A DNA stretch of 64,000 nucleotides from Promethearchaeota archaeon (GTDB lineage Archaea; Asgardarchaeota; Lokiarchaeia; Sigyniarchaeales; SOKP01). Location of the stretch: assembly GCA_016839585.1 (NCBI GenBank), contig JAEOTZ010000072.1:64001-128000 (forward strand). Direction: 5' to 3'. The position numbers and the translations under genes are program-made. Below, piece after piece: positions 60,470 through 64,000 of this stretch (position 1 is its first letter; every line of letters begins with the position of its first letter). The notes beneath the pieces were generated by a model, which worked only from the letters and a program-made list of their open reading frames with translations, was not told where the DNA came from and searched no databases.

Positions 60470-61291
60470 TTATTCATCCCATACTGCTGATGCGAGCAAA
60501 TGTTCAATTCTTGTTTTCCTTGGTCTAATAAACTCTGTATGATGCTCTTTTCGTTCTAATAATAAACTCTTCTCAAGATTAACTGAGCTAACCATATACA
60601 CTTCTAAATCCCCCTCATCAAGATAAATATGATTAAAACTAGGGGTATCATCAGCTCGAACTTTGTTTGAAGCCGAAGTACCACAGTAAAGAAATGTTGT
60701 ATTAGATGAATTTTCCCAAGATATAACATAAGCATGAGGAACATGGCGATGCCCCATCAATACTAAATCAATTTCAAATAGTTGGGTAAATTCTAAGATT
60801 TCACCAGCATCTCGAACGGTAGTAAATTTTTGTCCAGACATGGGAATGGGTATCAAATGATGATGTAATGCCATTATTCTATTTTCTAAGTTCTTATTAA
60901 AACATCTCCCTACCCAGTCGAGTTGTTCATCCCCAACCATTCCTTCAGCCATGTCATCTCTAGCGGAACAAACTCCAACGACGATAGTATCTTTATCTTC
61001 AATTATCATTCTAGATCTTCGTGGTCCAATAAGTTTCTCAAAAAATATAAGACCTGAATTTTTTGCATCATGGTTACCTGGTACTGCAATAAATTTAGTA
61101 ATCTTTTTTATTTGATCAATATATTCGATCACTTTTTTGAATTGAACAACTCGACCCTTGTGAACTATGTCCCCAGTGCATATGACGACATCGGGTCGAT
61201 TATCTTTAATATAATGGATTATATTTTCCATATAATCAGGGACAAACTCCGACCCATAGTGAAGGTCGCTTATCTGTATGATTTCTACCAT
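60470..61291 (-). CDS. Calcineurin-like metallophosphoesterase (CpdA-like)
   Basis: SDLH, TGD, PGNHD, HHH, GHRH. Confidence 0.92.
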   Translation of the reverse strand: MVEIIQISDLHYGSEFVPDYMENIIHYIKDNRPDVVICTGDIVHKGRVVQFKKVIEYIDQIKKITKFIAVPGNHDAKNSGLIFFEKLIGPRRSRMIIEDKDTIVVGVCSARDDMAEGMVGDEQLDWVGRCFNKNLENRIMALHHHLIPIPMSGQKFTTVRDAGEILEFTQLFEIDLVLMGHRHVPHAYVISWENSSNTTFLYCGTSASNKVRADDTPSFNHIYLDEGDLEVYMVSSVNLEKSLLLERKEHHTEFIRPRKTRIEHLLASAVWDE

Positions 61292-61457
61292 TATTTCTCG
61301 CCATTTTTATGATGATTAAAAAAATGAATAATCTCTACAATGTAATTTATTATGCTCAAAACTATTTATTTTTAATTAGTTTTTTAAAAAATAGAATGGA
61401 ACTTTAAATTTCAAAAAAAAAAAAATAATTCAGTTAATAAAATTAAAATTAAAAAAT

Positions 61458-61670
61458 TTAACTATAACTTTCTAATTTAAGCTGAAAAAAATTACTATTA
61501 ATTTGGTGTTTCAATTTTCGCTGTTTTGTTAATTGTTCAAGACTATTCACGTTTCTACAATAATCGCAAATACCATCTATAAAAACATAGCGAACTTTTC
61601 CACATTGGGGACACCAAAACTCTTCTTTAAATATTGGTTTCATACTTTTATTCACATCACTTTTATTCAC
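61458..61670 (-). CDS. Small zinc-ribbon protein
   Basis: WCPQCG...GICDYC. Confidence 0.6.
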   Translation of the reverse strand: MNKSDVNKSMKPIFKEEFWCPQCGKVRYVFIDGICDYCRNVNSLEQLTKQRKLKHQINSNFFQLKLESYS

Positions 61671-61845
61671 TTAATATAAATAAAAAAGAAATTAGATATA
61701 AGCTCTCTCACCATATTCTATAAAGTCTATATAGTCTATATAGATATAAAAAATGGTTTGAAGGATGATTTACAATGAAATTTAAAAGTTTTTGTTAAAA
61801 ATGTAAAAAATATATAAGATAATAAATACAAATTTAAATGATAAA

Positions 61846-64000
61846 TTAAGCTCTAAAGAAATTTTCTTTTATATGTTGTAAAACCTTTACAGAGGATACT
61901 CCTTTTTTAGTTATGAATCCTTGCCCAAAATCGGCTTTACCTCCACCTTTTCCATTAAAATGTTTAACTGTTTTTGATACTATAGTCCCAATATTAATAT
62001 CAGATTTCAATAATAAATTCCGCCCTGACATGGCCATAAGTATAATGCCTTCCTCGCTTTGATTTGAAATAAATGTAATGGAATTTGGTTCCTTTTTCAG
62101 AAGTTTCTGGCTCAAATTCTTTAAATCCTCTGTGTTTAAATTATTTGTTGATTCAAAAATTAACTTAGTATTTTGATAATTCTGAGCATTTTTTATCATT
62201 TTTTGAATCGATTCATCACTAAATAAATCCTTGATGTCAGACAACTTTTGTTTTCCTTCTACCCATTCATCATAAAGTTTTTGAATTTTACTTGGCACAT
62301 TATCTTTTTTAATACTTAAGAATTGAGAAATTTCTGTTAGCACATCACCTTCAAATGTTTCAGAGGAGGTTAATTGTAAATCACTCTCATTTACTTTACC
62401 AGATTTAAGTGCTCTATTGACATTTCTCCACTTTTCAAATAATTCTTTTACTCGTCCTACGAGTTGCTTACGATCAACATTAAACAGAACCTTTAATTGA
62501 TCAAGAATTTTTTTATGCTTTTGCCTTAACTTTTCTGTAGCCTCTCCTGCTGTAAAAGTAAGCCTAACAATGCCATCTTGAATCTTCTGTGATTTTGTAA
62601 TGTGTATATAACCTGCTTCAGAAGTGTTATTTAGATGTGTACCTCCACAAGCCTCTACTTCAATATTTGGGATTTCTACAATTCGTATTTGCTTGCCAGG
62701 CACAGCTCCACCTTGATATATTGTCATTCCATATTTCTTTTCTGCTTCAGAGCGAGGAATAAAACTAAGATTTAGATCTATCGCTTTATCAATGATTTTA
62801 TTAGCTTTTTTTTCGATTTCATTTAATATTTCTCTCGAAATTTGTTCATTGTGAGTTAAATCGAGGGAACTACTCTTAAGTGTCTTCTTTGCTCCCGCTT
62901 GATTAATATGGCTACCTAAAACTTCACGAGCAGCTGCATTTACAATATGAGTAGCAGTATGGTGTTGCGAAAGTTGTTTACGCCAATTTTTATCAACTTT
63001 GATTTTAACTATATCACCTTCTTTAAATTTTGGCTTCTTTTCAAGAACGTGAATTACATGATTACCTTGTTTAAAAACATCGTAAAATTTTTGACCATTA
63101 ATATCACCTATATCATGGAGTTGTCCTCCAGAAGTAGGGTAAGCAACTGACTGGTCTAAAACAACCATATTATCGATTATTTTCAAAACTTTAGCGTTAT
63201 TAGATATATTAGTATAATCATAATAATACAACGATTTGGTTTCAGGTATTCCTGCTAAATCTAATTCAATTTCTTTTTGGGTTGCATGAATCTGCTCAGT
63301 TTTTTCATGTCTTTCTACGACCAAACTATAGAAATTATCAGGTATCTTTACTATTTTATTAAATTTTTTGGCAGTTTCTTTTACCAATTCAGGATTAATA
63401 CCATTAGAATCATATAATTCAATTAAAGTTTCAATAGTAATTTCTCCTTTTTCAAATTCTTTTTCCAATATTCTTTTTGCTTTTTTCTTGTTAGCATAAT
63501 ATTTCTCCTTTTCAACATTCAAAATTTTCCTAATTTCATTCAAATGTTCTGAAACTTCTGGAAAAATATCTTTTAATTCTTTAGCATGCCAATCACAGAC
63601 ATCAGAAATATCGATATTCCAATTAAATTTATCTATAAAGCTTATCGCACGTCTAAAAATTACTCTCAGGTTATAACCCCCTCCCACATTAGAAGGAAGT
63701 TTCCCATCATTAATAGCAAATAGTAGACTTCTAGCATGTTCTGCTATAGAATATAAAGCGGTCATTGGTAGTATTTTATTTATAAGTTCATTCGGATCCA
63801 TATTTAATTCATTCCCAACTCTTTGCCATGCAGAATCCATATCATCAACTTCATCAATGTTTAAAAAGGCAGAATAACGGGAAAATCTATTATATAAGTG
63901 CAAATCTAAATCGATATTGGTGATTTCTCTTAATTTTGACAATACATAAGGAAATATTGCCTCATACATATTAGGGGTTCCCTGCGAGAACCAAGCAACT
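61846..64000 (-). CDS. alaS: Alanine--tRNA ligase (5' end beyond the window)
   Basis: Frame open to the window edge (VAWFSQGTPNMYEAIF); PSNVGGGYNLR, YPTSGGQ, editing-domain HHTATH and EACGGTH, GGG DHHA1 tail. Confidence 0.95.
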   Translation of the reverse strand, partial: VAWFSQGTPNMYEAIFPYVLSKLREITNIDLDLHLYNRFSRYSAFLNIDEVDDMDSAWQRVGNELNMDPNELINKILPMTALYSIAEHARSLLFAINDGKLPSNVGGGYNLRVIFRRAISFIDKFNWNIDISDVCDWHAKELKDIFPEVSEHLNEIRKILNVEKEKYYANKKKAKRILEKEFEKGEITIETLIELYDSNGINPELVKETAKKFNKIVKIPDNFYSLVVERHEKTEQIHATQKEIELDLAGIPETKSLYYYDYTNISNNAKVLKIIDNMVVLDQSVAYPTSGGQLHDIGDINGQKFYDVFKQGNHVIHVLEKKPKFKEGDIVKIKVDKNWRKQLSQHHTATHIVNAAAREVLGSHINQAGAKKTLKSSSLDLTHNEQISREILNEIEKKANKIIDKAIDLNLSFIPRSEAEKKYGMTIYQGGAVPGKQIRIVEIPNIEVEACGGTHLNNTSEAGYIHITKSQKIQDGIVRLTFTAGEATEKLRQKHKKILDQLKVLFNVDRKQLVGRVKELFEKWRNVNRALKSGKVNESDLQLTSSETFEGDVLTEISQFLSIKKDNVPSKIQKLYDEWVEGKQKLSDIKDLFSDESIQKMIKNAQNYQNTKLIFESTNNLNTEDLKNLSQKLLKKEPNSITFISNQSEEGIILMAMSGRNLLLKSDINIGTIVSKTVKHFNGKGGGKADFGQGFITKKGVSSVKVLQHIKENFFRA

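Noticed and set aside
61722-61748. AGTCTATAT tandem repeat
   Set aside because: Short, low-complexity, with no evident function
1072-63150. Short antisense ORFs in the track (e.g. 1072, 2287, 3388, 12753, 17046, 18450, 19485, 22928, 24196, 27268, 30345, 30978, 33433, 44767, 45304, 54248, 61070, 62947)
   Set aside because: They lie opposite well-supported genes and are typical antisense shadows
1-64000. CRISPR arrays, tRNA/rRNA genes, transposases, integrases
   Set aside because: No regularly spaced repeats, cloverleafs, long GC-rich RNA tracts or mobile-element motifs seen by eye

Overview
Very AT-rich archaeal chromosomal window, most consistent with an Asgard archaeon (Lokiarchaeia-like). 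The basis is archaeal-type AlaRS, DtdA and RNase Z together with eukaryote-like domains (longin/roadblock, AN1 zinc finger, SNAP-like TPR). I found no rRNA, tRNA, CRISPR array or transposase. The centre (about 23.4-57 kb) is a dense sulfur, Fe-S and redox island. It holds tusA, dsrE, an iscS lacking the PLP lysine, an iscU fused to a degenerate thioredoxin-reductase domain, and a CoA-disulfide reductase-rhodanese-TusA-rhodanese fusion. It also holds rubrerythrin, superoxide reductase, flavodiiron protein, two unannotated rubredoxins, NADH:rubredoxin oxidoreductase, FTR with glutaredoxins, a CCG-protein pair, a PDO pair with TrxB, a Cys-rich Lrp pair and a CooS with Glu replacing a C-cluster Cys. 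Most interesting observations: (1) a candidate cysteine-independent, persulfide-fed Fe-S assembly system; (2) two genes that appear to start at ATT behind good Shine-Dalgarno motifs; (3) a triple longin/roadblock protein next to a membrane-anchored V4R-like protein; (4) a steroid 5-alpha-reductase plus HSD-like SDR pair; (5) a candidate structured ncRNA upstream of a corrinoid protein. All functional calls come from motif recognition by eye; no database searches were run.
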